Shown: piece by piece, positions 27,700 through 40,682 of the stretch
Layout: each line of letters starts with the position of its first letter
Position numbering within the stretch: the stretch's first letter is position 1
DNA from: Ophelia neglecta
Taxonomy: Eukaryota
Reading direction: 5' to 3'
Length of the DNA stretch: 64,000 nt
Assembly: GCA_965285935.1 (NCBI GenBank)
Contig: OZ260667.1
Location: 27,590,001 to 27,654,000, forward strand
Translations under genes and position numbers: made by a program
Notes under the pieces: generated by a model
Database searches by the model: none
Seen by the model: only the letters and a program-made list of their open reading frames with translations
What the model was told of the DNA's origin: nothing

Positions 27700-28625
27700 A
27701 TACCCATAACTTTTAAAAACCAAACCTGATGTCAGTATGTTGACAAACTCAACAAGTCGACACCCTGAAGACTGTTTGAAAGACAGACAAAGCACAATAT
27801 GTTCTAAATGTACAACAAATACTGCTGCTGAGGCAACGACGTAGATTAGGGAAGAATGTAGTATGTTTGAGAAAGTCCATACGTTCATATTTGCGGTTGG
27901 AACAAGCGACATAAGGGCAGCTTTATCGAGGCAAGAAACCACAATGGCTCTAGGGACGCCCTGGGAATAGGTTCAAAAAATTATCCAAGGGCATCGTTGG
28001 CGTTTTGTGGAATAATCATTCTCACAGACGCCAGCAGCAAGCAACTATAGTCAAAAGTAAGTCTAGGAATAGAAGACTTGTCATCAGGATTGGAGAGCAT
28101 ACTTGCCGCATCCTATCATGAAAGGCAGACATATTTTCGAGAAATTGACAATGACATAAATTACGTTCTTGCCTACGTCGGAGATTAAGTGAAGGAGCAT
28201 ACCAAAATTTACGCCTCGGAAGAGGCTGTTTCAAAAGAGGCTTACAATCGTAGAAAACCAAGACCTCGTAATTCACCACTAAGAAAAGAAATGGTGATAA
28301 AAAGGGACTCGACCACAAAATCACCTAAAGAAATTGGCAGTTTAGAAAATCTTGGGCAGATGATGAAACTAGAAATGCTTCAATCTGTGATGGGGTAGTT
28401 ACATTTTCCAAAGATCATCCTAAGGCAGGCATTAACGAAATGATAACAATTCCAGCAATATCGTGTGGTTAAGGCTGGACAAGCCCATAATTGGTTTAGC
28501 AGAGGACTGTATGTTAGCAAACGTTTATATTTCTCCAAGTAACTCATAAGTTCATATTGAATCCACAGAAGCATGTACAGTATTTGATGAATCAACGTCA
28601 TATTTTGCATCATTGGGGGAAAATC
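27700..28625 (+). mobile_element. Decayed CR1/L2-group LINE: SGNH-esterase ORF1 remnant followed by APE endonuclease remnant
   Basis: KVHTFIFAVGTSDI (SGNH block III, GxND-like) at about 27870-27915. NSSNIVWLRLDKPIIGLAEDCMLANVYISPSNS and FCIIGG at 28449-28620 match APE endonuclease WLKL...VYIPP...GDFN segments. Confidence 0.6.
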
Positions 28626-28781
28626 AGGTACCTGACACAATGTCTCAATGGATCAGATACCTGACATAATATGTCGATAGATCAGAGACTTGACACACTG
28701 TCTCAATAGATTGTACACCTGATAACAATGTGTCAATATATCAGAGACTTGACACAATGTCTCAATAGATCAAATACCTGA
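28623..28781. repeat. 29-bp minisatellite, about 5.5 copies
   Basis: Units such as atcagagacttgacacaatgtctcaatag start at about 28623, 28652, 28681, 28710, 28740 and 28769. Confidence 0.9.
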
Positions 28782-30569
28782 AAAGTAAAATAGACATTTC
28801 AGGAGCACAGGCTTACAACATACTTCCATGTTGTATAGTTAATGGCAACGGTACTGGGGACAGGCCAGCATTTTTTACACAGCAAACGTTTCCTTATCTC
28901 TCTCCTGGCTACTGTGATGGCAGCTATCATAACACGAGACGAAACGCGATTACAAATAATGTAAACGCGTTTGCTTATCGCGTTGAGCACACAACAATAG
29001 GATGCCCAACGCATTGGCTGTGCAGTTTAAACTCATTGATACTCGTCAGCTTTTTATTTGGCCGCCCACTCTTGTCGGAAATGACTAATATGGGAGCACT
29101 TAGTTGAAAATGGCAGACTTATATTGCTATCTTGGATATTAAGCAATACTTCAAAATGTCTACCACTTCAAGTTTTACTGTATCTGAACAATCAGTTGAT
29201 CACTGTTCAAATAAATGTGATTAGTGGCAACGTCCGTTCGGATTAGGGAAATTAAAGGGATTTATGTCGGTGGATCCGTGTCTTATCGTGACACTTGATT
29301 GGGTCAATGGTAATGATATTGAAGCCCCCCTCCCTTCCCCCTCTCCCAGTCATCGTTCCAAGTAGTCCAGCTTTACTCGGCTATTAATGGCCGGGCGGAT
29401 ATTAACAAACCAGACATTCTGCACCGCAGAAAATGTAACAGTTAATGATTGTTTACCTCGGAAGTGGTGCCGACAGCTTTAAATAATTTATTATATACGC
29501 TGGAAAGTCGGGACTTTGGTTGGGTTAGATTGGCCATGAGGTACTCAATTGAAAAGGAATTGCACACACGACACGCCGGGTAGACATTAACGTGTTAGTT
29601 GGGCGTCCAATTCATTTTTTATAATATATTTGCATCCGTTAAGATATAAGCCAACATTTTGTATGCTCATACAGCAGTCAGCGTTCACATATTTACGTCG
29701 AGTGGTGCAGATACGCCTTTCGGAGTAAAAATCCATATACCGGAAGAAGCAGCAGGTGCCGCTGGGACAGCTATTCTAATGATCTTCTAAAAGGAATACG
29801 TTAATCTATTTTGGAAATTTAATATGATGTTTTGATACCTAGCCCACTCTGTAAATGATCTTTACAATATCGTACTACACGCAAAATGTATACAAATTAT
29901 TCACTGAATTTGAGCGATCCGGGAAATGGTACCAACTTCTACATATAATTCACGTCACAGTGATATTAAATTGCGCGAGAATGCAAGTTAAGTATATTAG
30001 CATATTAATAAGGACATGTTATTTGTTTCGGGTCAAAAAAGGAGGACGCAACTCGTTAGCCATATTAGACTAATAATAATTTGAACAAAAACATGTAAGC
30101 CCCTCAAGCAGATCTCGTCTCAGTTGTCGCAATGGAATGTTTTCGAGATCACAACTTTTATTTCTATTCGAACATGTTATTTCTTATCGAGCATAATGAG
30201 GTGAATGTCAGAAGGGAATTCCGAGTTAAGAAATGCCTTCCGCTTGTTTCGGAAGAGAACATCTAAATTAACTTCTCATTCGAGTCCGTACACTTTTTTT
30301 TTCGTTACGTTCTTGTGTAATCCATAGAGCTGGCTTGCGCTCGCTAAAAATTAAAATACGTCCACATAAATATTAAGTTGTTTGGGTATTAATAAACCAA
30401 GAATGCTGCCCAATCATACGCCTCCGTAGACTGCTTGAACTCAACACAAGGAGAAATACAAAGACACCAACTAGCCTAATGATGTCAATGTATCGAACGA
30501 CCAGAAAGCTGTGACATCCCACTTCAATCACATTACTCATTCTGATCATTGCGCATTGCGGCTTTTGAT

Positions 30570-30654
30570 CACAGGTACGCGAGGTGTCTATCCGCTACTA
30601 CCTATAATAACTATTATGATAGGTTGTAGCGGATAGACGCCTCGCGTACCTGTG
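30570..30654. mobile_element. 85-bp palindromic MITE, P-element-like (CACAG...CTGTG, 8-bp TSD CTTTTGAT)
   Basis: Inverted arms of about 40 bp with about 3 mismatches. An identical 8-mer cttttgat flanks both sides (30562-30569 and 30655-30662). Termini fit the CANRG/CYNTG P-superfamily consensus. Confidence 0.8.
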
Positions 30655-30899
30655 CTTTTGATTTAAAGCGGTGGCGCGAATTCTTGCGATGGTAGATCTC
30701 GAGAGAGATACACGACATTTAACCTATATAACCCTATCCTAACCCTTGCCCTAACTATTGAATTAATCCTCAGCCCTAGCCCTAGCCACGCTGGCGATTC
30801 TTTGCTTCGTATCACCCAGAAATACCCATAAACTCCCCCTAGTCTCCGCGTTTAATCAGTAACCCACATTGATTACCATTAAATATTTTGAAAGAAACA

Positions 30900-31640
30900 C
30901 GGCCATCTTTTTGTAAACCAAAACCTCTTGCAGAATATTGCCTCGCAAATTTATTTATAAAGATAGCTCATGGATTACTCTCCCAATCAAACGCCTCCAA
31001 CTCAAACGAGAGAAAAAACTAAGCCATACAGCCTATGGGAAACATTCGAAACCTCAGACAAAAGTCATGATAAAACTATCAGCATTTAGTATAGAATTGT
31101 CATGCTATAGTCCCAGTCATAGGCATAAAGTGTACTCCAAACAAGAAAATCAAAGCCCTTCTGACCAACCATTAAGACATACAAAACAGATAACGCTAGC
31201 ATCCTAGCCCTCTGATAAAATACGACCATTTCAAAATCAAATTTTTCATAAAGCATTGTCCCTGATTAGATGAAGTCCTATCAAAGAAGGTTGATCAATT
31301 TCACATCCATCAAAATAGGTACTGACGGGAAAAAATGGCGAGTGGAGGCCCAGCGTATCAATCAAAAGGGTTATTCAAACTTCCTTCAATACCTAAATCC
31401 CAACACAACCTCTAGTCCTGAAGATATACCTAACGCATGCACTAAATGGAACGGTAAAAAAATATTTCCACTATACCCATGCAAAATATGGGGTTGAAAA
31501 CTAAAAGAAACGTACTAGTCCGGAAAATTACCATCGGCCTTAGACGCTATGAGAACCAAGCTACCTCGCTGTACAAAATCACTAACAACCACGTGAAATG
31601 AACACCCCTCAAAGCTTTTTTTTACCCACCGGTGATTATC
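30900..31640 (+). mobile_element. Decayed CR1-group LINE ORF2 pieces (internally deleted)
   Basis: SWITLPIKRLQLKREKK (cf. PWITxxIKRLIRKR linker). TSLYKITNNHV and FFYPPVI (cf. C-terminal LLYKI.NNLV, FFPRTI). Confidence 0.5.
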
Positions 31641-33559
31641 TGCACCTCATTGCCCCTGCACTTTCTTCCCAAAGCAGACTTTAAAATGGTTCACTCCTAC
31701 TATCACCTAGCCGCATCTGAAACACTCCACCTTTTCAAAGTGTATTCCTTATAATCAATCATTTCATTTGCGGCTGTCCTGAGACGTTCTCAGGACGCTG
31801 CCTACACCTGCTCGTTTATAAACTGATTGTTCCAAGTTGAGTTGTGAGCCACTTCTGCCGAGCCTCTGTATTTTCTGACGCATCCCACACTTCATTGATT
31901 ATATTCTCCCTTAAAAGCACGTGAAAAAAACACCTTTAATGTTAACTCCACCAGGAATTAACTGAAGTATATATTCTGACAACTCGGGACTTAGGGCAGT
32001 GCAGTGGCCACCCAGAACAGGCCCATGACCGAGGAAACATGAATGTCTACCCTCTTGGCCTATATAGCTAAATCAAAGTTTATTCAATAACACAGCGTCC
32101 GACTCCCTCGTGCTTGGTTTGTCACACTAGAAAAATTAAGGCACACTTGCTCTCGGCTTGGACTTTAAGGTGAGATTTAATTATACATTTTCTGCAAATC
32201 ACCACGACCTGTGATTGAAGGTTAACACTGCATGCTGTCAGCTTGCGAACTGCATACATAATGTCCCCGTGCCTCAAATATTGCCCCAGGAGATAAACTG
32301 GTCAGGTCCTTCCCTCACCATATAGGCGTCAGCTGTCAACTGTGGCAATGGTCAATTGTCTTATTAACATAATCACTCGAATTCCCGAGCTTCGGCTCCC
32401 TGAACAATTTACCTGTGCTACTCAATTTTTCTTTTTCAGCCTATGTATTTTGTATGGTTTACATCTCTGGGATATAATATGGTCGCTCTGGGACCTATTT
32501 TGTCGCCCAGAAATGATTGAACCGCCAAGATTGCCACGTGCTCGTTTGTTTCCAATGAATAAAAGCTCAATTCATTTTATTTGTGTTTGTTTTCAACTAT
32601 AGAGGGCTACAAAAGAAAAAAGATTTGAATGAAAACGGTGTTATTTTTTCTGATTACTCATAGGTAACATCTAAATAATAGTATAAGAGTTTTACCGTCT
32701 AACATGGGGATGAGATTTATTTATTCAAATAATTTGGGAGAGACACCGTCATGTCTGCCTGGTTTTTCAATCGATAGAACGAACTGCCTTTTTTCTTTTC
32801 CTTCCGATTAAACACACACGTAGAAAACTGCAATGCCAATTGGATGGGTGTCGCGCCGTTTGATTGAATATTAGTGACACAAATTGGAAAATATATTGAA
32901 TCAAATGTTTTTTTTTCGAGGCTCAAATTTTTGGCTGGCTTGGTTATAAAAATATAATGTTGGAGAATGTGATTGTTTGTCCGATCTAGCCTTGGTTTTG
33001 TGCTTTCCTGCGCGAAAAATCTGATCAATGGGAGAGGATATTGGCAAGGTTTCACCTTTGGGAACACGTCCTTAAATGTGTATTCCTGTTTAGAACGATG
33101 GGAGAAGAAAATATGACTATGGGTAGCATGCAGGGAACACGGCAGGAAAGGTAGAATCTCCATATTGAATTATTTAATCTTAAACGCTATTCCGATACCC
33201 CACATATTTCTTTTCATTTTGTTATCACAACTACAAAGAGTGGTCTGCGATTTTTTAAACATTGGGGCAAAGTCCGATGGTATGTGGGCGCGATGTATCC
33301 GGCACCCATGCAAGAGCTCGAGAGAGCTTTTGCATGTTTATTTTCTGCATGCAGCGATGGACACTAAGATGTTTCTGCAGCTCTCACAATCAACTATCTC
33401 TTCTTTATTTTGCTTTATTTAGCCATAAAAAGTATCATCTGAGAACTAATTTTGAAATCCACTCTATAGCATTTTTGCATTGTTTTTTCTCGCTAACTGC
33501 AGACCCTCTGTGATTGAGTGTAGTCTTCCAAATTGGTAGTGCCTTTTATAACATCATAT

Positions 33560-33800
33560 TGTATGTTGAAGATGCATCTTTGGTGTGGCCCAATATTTTA
33601 ATGTGACCCTTTACTGTCTTTACTAGTAATGAATTTATAGAGCAGTCGACTGGAATACACCGTAAAAAAAGCCGCTGGGTCATTCGGGCTATTTTCTTCG
33701 GCCTTAAATGGGCAAACAAAATTGATAAACGTTGCTGGTCTGTCTCTTTGTCTTGTCTTGCCATGGATGTTGATAGCTCATTATGGAGTCTTGCTGACAT
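33560..33800 (-). mobile_element. Possible second LINE ORF1 remnant
   Basis: RDRPATFINFV...SRLLYKF...ILGHTKDA weakly resembles the same ORF1 C-terminal pattern as 24180-24420. Confidence 0.25.
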
Positions 33801-35639
33801 ACATCAAGTCTGATAATGACTATTAATAATGATACGAGGACTGCAGTCTGATGTATCGTGTATCATTGCTTTCCAACCTGCCATTGTCAGAAGCATTCCA
33901 GCTTTCCAATGTGACACAAATCTGAGCAGACGAGCACCGACCCGAGATAGCCAGTGACATTAGTTAACGTTAGATGGCGTATAGCATGTCGATTATTGCA
34001 CGCCCGAAGTGATAGTAGGGCGCTTATCTATCCGCTTTTTACCCGCCAGTATTCCATCGAGGCTTTCCGAGCCCTACAGTTCATGGTGGAATGTCAATTA
34101 TGACGGGGAAATAATCGTTTAGAATACGGTGTTATTCGGTTAGTAAACATTGGACATTCTATCCCCTCACCACGAGGCCAGCTGGCGTAGCAACTGCCAC
34201 CGGCTGACATTAAACTCGCTCTAACCAAGCGGTGCTCCCTTCATCAACTGCAACAGTAGGCCAGAAGATCAGTCGACCTAATGATGCTGTCAAAATGTCA
34301 GCTCATTTCTGATGGAAAACACATACATGTGTGGCCTTGAATACGCGAACGCATCTATCAATCAATCCTCTCGTATTTTAAAACAAAATCCTTGCCTTGG
34401 GGCTCAAAGGGAGCTTCAGCCGGTTCATTTGTTGATTTAAAGCAAAGACTCGTGTTATGAATTGGTTATCGCATCACTGGCTGGTACGTTGAAACCAAAA
34501 GTGGAGTAAACCAACTATACTGTGGAAAGTCTGTCATTAAAAGACAATTTCAAACTGTCACGGCATCACATAATTTCACGCAAGGGAATACTTTTACTTG
34601 AATGAACATGTATCAATCACGGGATGCTGAAGTCGAGAAATAAATAGTCGTGTTTAAAACGCAGAGGATTTAAAGTGAATAAGAGCAATCAAACGAAAAC
34701 GTCCGGTAAACTTCGTGGATTATCTCACCAGTCGTTTATTTATATATTCTTTACGACAAATTTCAACTCTTGAATAGAAATGAGTTATTGTCTTACTAAG
34801 AATGACACGAGCCACTTCGAAACGAATCGCTTTTGGAAATATCAGTTGATGAACCCTCATACTGCTTAAAAGCGTTTGTTCATGAGCAGTAGTTCTTTCC
34901 CCAAGGTTGTTCTCGTCATTATTTACCATACAGCCTTCAAAACAAAAGCGAATAAATAATTCTATGCATTCTAGATGGTTGCTCATGCAAGCCAGCTTGT
35001 ACTTTCAGGCATCTTCTCCATTGAGCGATGAAAAGAGCAACTAAAGAGATCAAAACACTTTGATGTTTAGATACTTAATAAACCCCTTAATATAAGCCTA
35101 TCAGCCGTAACTATTTGGTAATAAAACATTTTATTTTACAGATCCTTATATAAACCCCTGACAGGAAGGTCTTGCGGGACAGACGATCAAAAGCTTTTTA
35201 GAAACTTTGAAAATGGGATGCAATATCAAACGTGCATGCCTCAGTTGAGAGGTTGCTTCCGCAGGAGATTTTTCTCCATAGTTACGATTAGCATTCTGTA
35301 ATCCTCAATCAGTACACTATCAGCTTCGGTGGATTTTATAGAATCGCGACCGTTTGGCTCTGATAACACAATGACAAAGTGGCCGGACGCAGCCTTTTAG
35401 CAATAGGATCCTGGAAAATATTGTTTTGATCAAATTTACAACAGAAAATTATTCAATTCCTTATGATTAATGAATGACTCTATCATATGATTGACTTGTA
35501 ACATAAATTTCATTTAATTCTGTTTTCAATTTGGAAGGCTTGTTTTGTATATAGACTTTAACTAAATTGATAACTCGACATCCCATTTACAATGGCACCT
35601 TATGAATGGATCATAATTTTCCTGCGAATGAATAGAGTG

Positions 35640-36300
35640 CGAAAGTGTGAAATTTTACTGCTAGACTGGTCACACATACCAAAATTACGACATTACACCG
35701 AACCTATATGACCTGCAACGGCTTCCAGTGAAAAAACCGAATTGATTTCATGCTTTCGTTGATGGTGCATGGAAGGCCCTGAATAGCGATACCCCTTTGT
35801 ACATCTCGGAGCTGCTGCAGAGATACGCACCTACTCGTGCTCTGCAGTCTCAGTCATGGACACTGCTCGTTGTACCGAAAACAAGACTGTGTAGAGCAGG
35901 TGATTAATCTTTTCGATCATACGGCCCCAGACTCTGGACTTCTTAACCGACTCATTGATATCTGCTGAGTCGGCAAGCTCGTTCAAAAAGAAACTGATTA
36001 CCAACTTGTTTTCAGTTGGCATACGGAGACCAATAGTGCTAATGCTTATGTGTTTTTATATGGGATAATTTTAATTAAATCGCAAATGTTTTAAAATTGA
36101 ATATGTTTTAAAATTGAATAAGATCTTTCTTCTAAATTTGACTGCTTTTTATAATACGGTAACATTTTTACTTGCATCCATAATTTTTTGGTCATATCTT
36201 ATTATGAAGCGCTTTTGAACTTACGATACTAAGCGCAATATAAATGCTATCATTACTATTACTACTATTACTATTATTATTATTATAATTACTATAATTA
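35640..36300 (+). mobile_element. L2-clade LINE 3' end with (ATT/ACT)n tail
   Basis: LQRLPVK...WKALNSDTPLYISELLQRYAPTRALQSQSWTLLVVPKTRL...SFKKKL matches the L2 ORF2 C-terminus. The 3' end gcgc...gcgcaatataaat is followed by an att/act microsatellite at about 36253-36290. Confidence 0.85.
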
Positions 36301-37382
36301 CATTGATAAGCTCAATGACTGAAAATTCTGCTAAATATAATATTGGAGACCCGATCGGCGACCCTATGGAATCTGTGAAAGATTTACCCGCTATTCCGAG
36401 TTATTCATGCGCAGCATAGGTTGTGATATCTTACTCTATTGTCAACTGTAGCAATTGGGCATTAAGTGCTGACCTTTTTTCCCGAGATGCATATCCTAGC
36501 TCGAGCGGTCTTAACACAGTAGGTTCTACTAGCCCAGCATGTCCTCGACGGTATAACTAAAGAATAAACACGGCCTGCATATAAATACTTCCCTCTATGT
36601 TTAATGGCAGATGGTTCTTCTGATGCCCACAAGGGCTAGCAAGAATTGTCAACTGTCTCACAGCTTGTTCTGCCAAGAAAATTCAGGCATGTGCACATAC
36701 AACTCATCGTATGTAGCATTGTAGTAGTAGGATGCTTAAAAGAGTTAAACCTTCCGTGTTAATTCTAAGGTTGAAGCCAGTAGTAAGATATCATTTACGG
36801 CCTTACATTTTTCGCTCACTAAAATTGAATGGTACTACTTTGGCTCAAGTAGAGTGTAAGATGAGGACCAAACTCGTCTTTTTCAGACATAGTACCACCT
36901 TCATCTATCTATATTTAACCGAAAGTGCAAAATTCATACCCTTATCAGCTAGACAATTTCAATAAGTAAGAATACAAGAACTCTTTTCCAATATCAATAC
37001 TCAATATCATAGTTTTCTATTCCGTTATGAAATTTGTGCAAGGAATTAGAAACGACATTTCTATTGTAGAATATTTAAGTTAAAAATGATTATTTCTGTA
37101 AAAGTACAAAGCACTTTATCACTTTCAGGGGGGGGGGGGCACTTTTCTGCCTACGTTCTTCTCGGAAAGGTGTAAAGTTCTCGTATTTTTAAGTCCTCGT
37201 AATGATACGGTGCTTATTCGCCTTTCTTATAGGTTGGAACATGTATCTATTAGTATTTCTACATGATTAAATTCTTTTTTATTTTGACATTTCTTTTTTT
37301 TTTCAAATAAGTCACATAACGTTCATTGTCTCACACAGTCTCTGGAATTGTGTTATTAGCACTTAAAGAATTGATTGACCTT

Positions 37383-37423
37383 TTTATTAAGAGCAATAGT
37401 GGATTTTATTACATGTGTTTATT
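37383..37423 (-). terminator. Candidate polyadenylation signals of the Ninjurin-like gene
   Basis: Three minus-strand AATAAA hexamers (37383-37388, 37405-37410, 37418-37423), about 3.3 kb downstream of the stop codon. Confidence 0.35.
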
Positions 37424-38249
37424 CAAACATATGTAGTATATATTTGGAAGGAATGTAACAGTGTTAATACCAAAAAAATGTGTGATTGGGAACTAGATAC
37501 AAAAACGGACAGAGTCTACTTGGATATGCGATATATCTTTCGATTGTTTAAATAATTGAGACTAACATTGAATTTTACTCACATTAACAATCTATGATGA
37601 TTATGCTATTGTGTTGAGGTCTTGGTTAATTATCTCCACTCTTTATATCTATACACAACTAAATATACATAAACACTGTCTGCGTTGCAGCAACTACAAA
37701 AAACACTTGGACTAGAGAGGTTTAGTACAAATATTGGTGTTAGTATTGAAAATATAATTTCACGCTAAAGTATTAGATGAATGCAATGGAGGTCGCATAT
37801 TAAATCCTCGATAAGCTGCTTGCAAAAGACTAACCTAGAATGATGTGATGATTTATTTAAAGGTTATTATTCATTTAGTTAGCATGGTTAGGAAACCAAT
37901 TTTGCAGTGTTATTAAGCTTTCGGATATGACACTTAGTCACCATTACGTGCGCTTTACTATTAAGGGCTACATGAAACACAACATGTCCAAATCGACATA
38001 CATGACATTCTCAAAGAGAATTAACGAAATACCACCTGCACTGCAATGCTTATAAAACAAACCACAGATACACTGCAGATATAATAGGTAAAAGACTGCC
38101 TTTACATCTTGACTGAAGTACCATACAATGGCGATAAACTCTCTGTTAGATACTGCTGCCTGATAAAAATACAAGACAATTTTTAATAGGGTGATTACCC
38201 ACCTAAAATGTCTCTAGTTGTGTTTCTCCTTACTTACTCTAAATGGACA

Positions 38250-38317
38250 TAGAAATGTGTATACTTACATTATTTCAAACAGTTAGAAATGTGTATACTT
38301 ACATTATTTCAAACAGT
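38250..38317. repeat. Perfect 34-bp tandem duplication
   Basis: tagaaatgtgtatacttacattatttcaaacagt occurs twice in tandem. Confidence 0.95.
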
Positions 38318-40682
38318 TAAAGACAGTGCATTGCTTCGGCATTTTTCAAGAAAACACGTTTCTATTAAAATTTATCCTTAACCCAACATTTTCGCAGATG
38401 GACATACAACAATCTGTAACATCATTAATTTCGGTTAAGAAATAACTTGATTGCTTATTTAGATTAAAAGACAACACTAGTTTCAAAACCTTCTGTACGT
38501 GTTAATCATTTTCTTCAAATGTATTGCTTGCCCAGAATAAATATTCTTCAAGAGGTGCGGATGTACAAAGCCGGATTTTGGACTAGACTACAATCGTTCC
38601 CAAACTTGACATGAGGTATGAATTATTAACAGTCAGAATCTTGTGTATTCAAGTTTTTCATTCAACTGCCAAAATGGAATTTTAATTCCCAACCAAGCTA
38701 TACTCATACGTTAGCGCTCTATGATTCGGAGTAAAATACCTATCCAAAATGTCAACAAAAAATAGTTTCATACTGATGCCCAATCAAGGACTGAGCCAAT
38801 AGATAAGTTCCTGATTTGAAGGGACGAGTGACACTAACCCGGGACATTCTAAATCCAATGTGGTTTGACATTTAGTTTATATACAGTTTAATATGTCTCC
38901 TATGACGTTTTATATACACACAGGGACCGGCAGTTATGTACAGGCTCCTGTTATCCAAAATTCTTGATAATGCTTAAGGTATCTGTTAACCCCATAAAGA
39001 TGATAAACTGCAAATATTGCATTCAAACAAATATATGGCGAAACTGTAAACTTCAATAAAGTTTACAATGTCAGCTAAATATCAGGAAGGAATTCAAAAC
39101 ATTAAAACTAAAATGTGAGTTTGTAAGCCATATTGTGTTAAAATTGTACAGTATTATACAAAACATATAACGTTCCACTTGACCGGGATTATGACACACA
39201 ATTGTTCAGCTAGGTACTAAGGTTTCAAAATTTCAATATTCAGATTTAAGCTATTAAAACACTTATAGTAAAAGCCATTAAATTACACGAATGTCTAAAG
39301 GAATAACCCAAATTTGTCACTTATGACGAAAATGGAAAAATTCAATCGAAGAATTCGACCTCAAGCTAACACAAATGTAAATGTCATAATGCACCAATAA
39401 CTTAATTTTTTTTGGGTCGAAATTGTTTTAGATCCACTGTCACTTTAACACAAATAACTTATAAAGTTCACATTATGTTTTAAAATTCTATCCAAATATC
39501 AAATTGACAGGATGGTCTTCAATAAAATTGTATACGCCATTTATTTATTGTAGTTTTACGACGAATCAAACATTTTGTTTCTTCACTACAGGGGTTAACA
39601 CGCACCTCAAGAACTAGGCAACTTCACTAATCTAATCAACGTTGAAAATATGTTTGGTCGGTCTGTCTCTTCCTAAATCTAGTATGTGGCCCGGATACGA
39701 CTGAGGCATGCAACAATGCAAAAAAAAATGATGACTTGTAAAATGATTCTGCCAACTGTTACCACAATTGTTTGTTCAAATGCAGAACACTGAACCTAGT
39801 AACTTAGGCCTCTCCAATATCTTTCGAATTACTTAATTAGCACATTCTCGGCGGAAATCGTCCACCTTCTTGAATTATTAGTTTATAGCCATGTGGCGCT
39901 ATATGTCCAAGATGGCGGCAATGATTTCCAAGTGGCGAGCTTTCTACTTCTGCCTGGATCTTCGTTCAGTCCTAGCCCTTTTAACAGCATCACATATCTC
40001 TGCCGATGTATGGTGAGGAGTTAAGAAACACATCTCCTGCTAGAGATGATTTACATACGTGGTCCACTTTGATTGCGGAGTCACACACACTCACACATAA
40101 ACCTTACCATTTGTACACAATTGTGACTAGATTCTTGGGAATCGTGGTCCCTCAATTTTCCAATAATTATTCAGTATGTTTCGATAGCCATCAATGAACA
40201 TATTTACTCTCAGTGTTAATTTGGGCCAGATACGATATTCCCCCGATAAATCGGTTCTTGTCGGTATCCACATTCCACATTTGGCTAGATTCTTCGAAAT
40301 AGTTTTTTTACTGCGATTTCAGCGCAAATCTAGTATATCCTTTTCAATATGATATTCACAAATATGTCCACTTTCCGCCAAAATACAATCCGAAACATTA
40401 GTTCAGATACACACATCGTTCATACATATTAATTACCACCAGATAAAAACACTATTAGGATAACCAAAAAAACCGATTGATTAATTGAACAAACGATCTT
40501 TCCTTGCAATGTCCAAGGTAAAATTTCCGCCTTTTACTGGGGCGATAATGATATGAATTTAATAATATTTACTTTATGGTGGTAAGAAATTTATCTACGC
40601 GGGGTTGTTGTCACTTAGATAGGACACTGCACTACTAAGTCGCACGAATTGACTTACGACGGGCGCTGTGGGAGGGGTACGA

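Noticed and set aside
28623-28781. CRISPR-like periodicity
   Set aside because: Contiguous tandem units with no unique spacers, no cas genes, and a eukaryotic context.
32717-33163. 148-aa minus-strand ORF (likewise the 154-aa ORF 58196-58660 and 125-aa ORF 62199-62576)
   Set aside because: Background composition, no domain motifs, and no convincing in-frame splice context.
11809-37139. Poly-G runs (11809, 12421, 37128) as G-quadruplex or regulatory signals
   Set aside because: More simply explained as ends of common GGGGGGCAC-type MITEs or as homopolymers.
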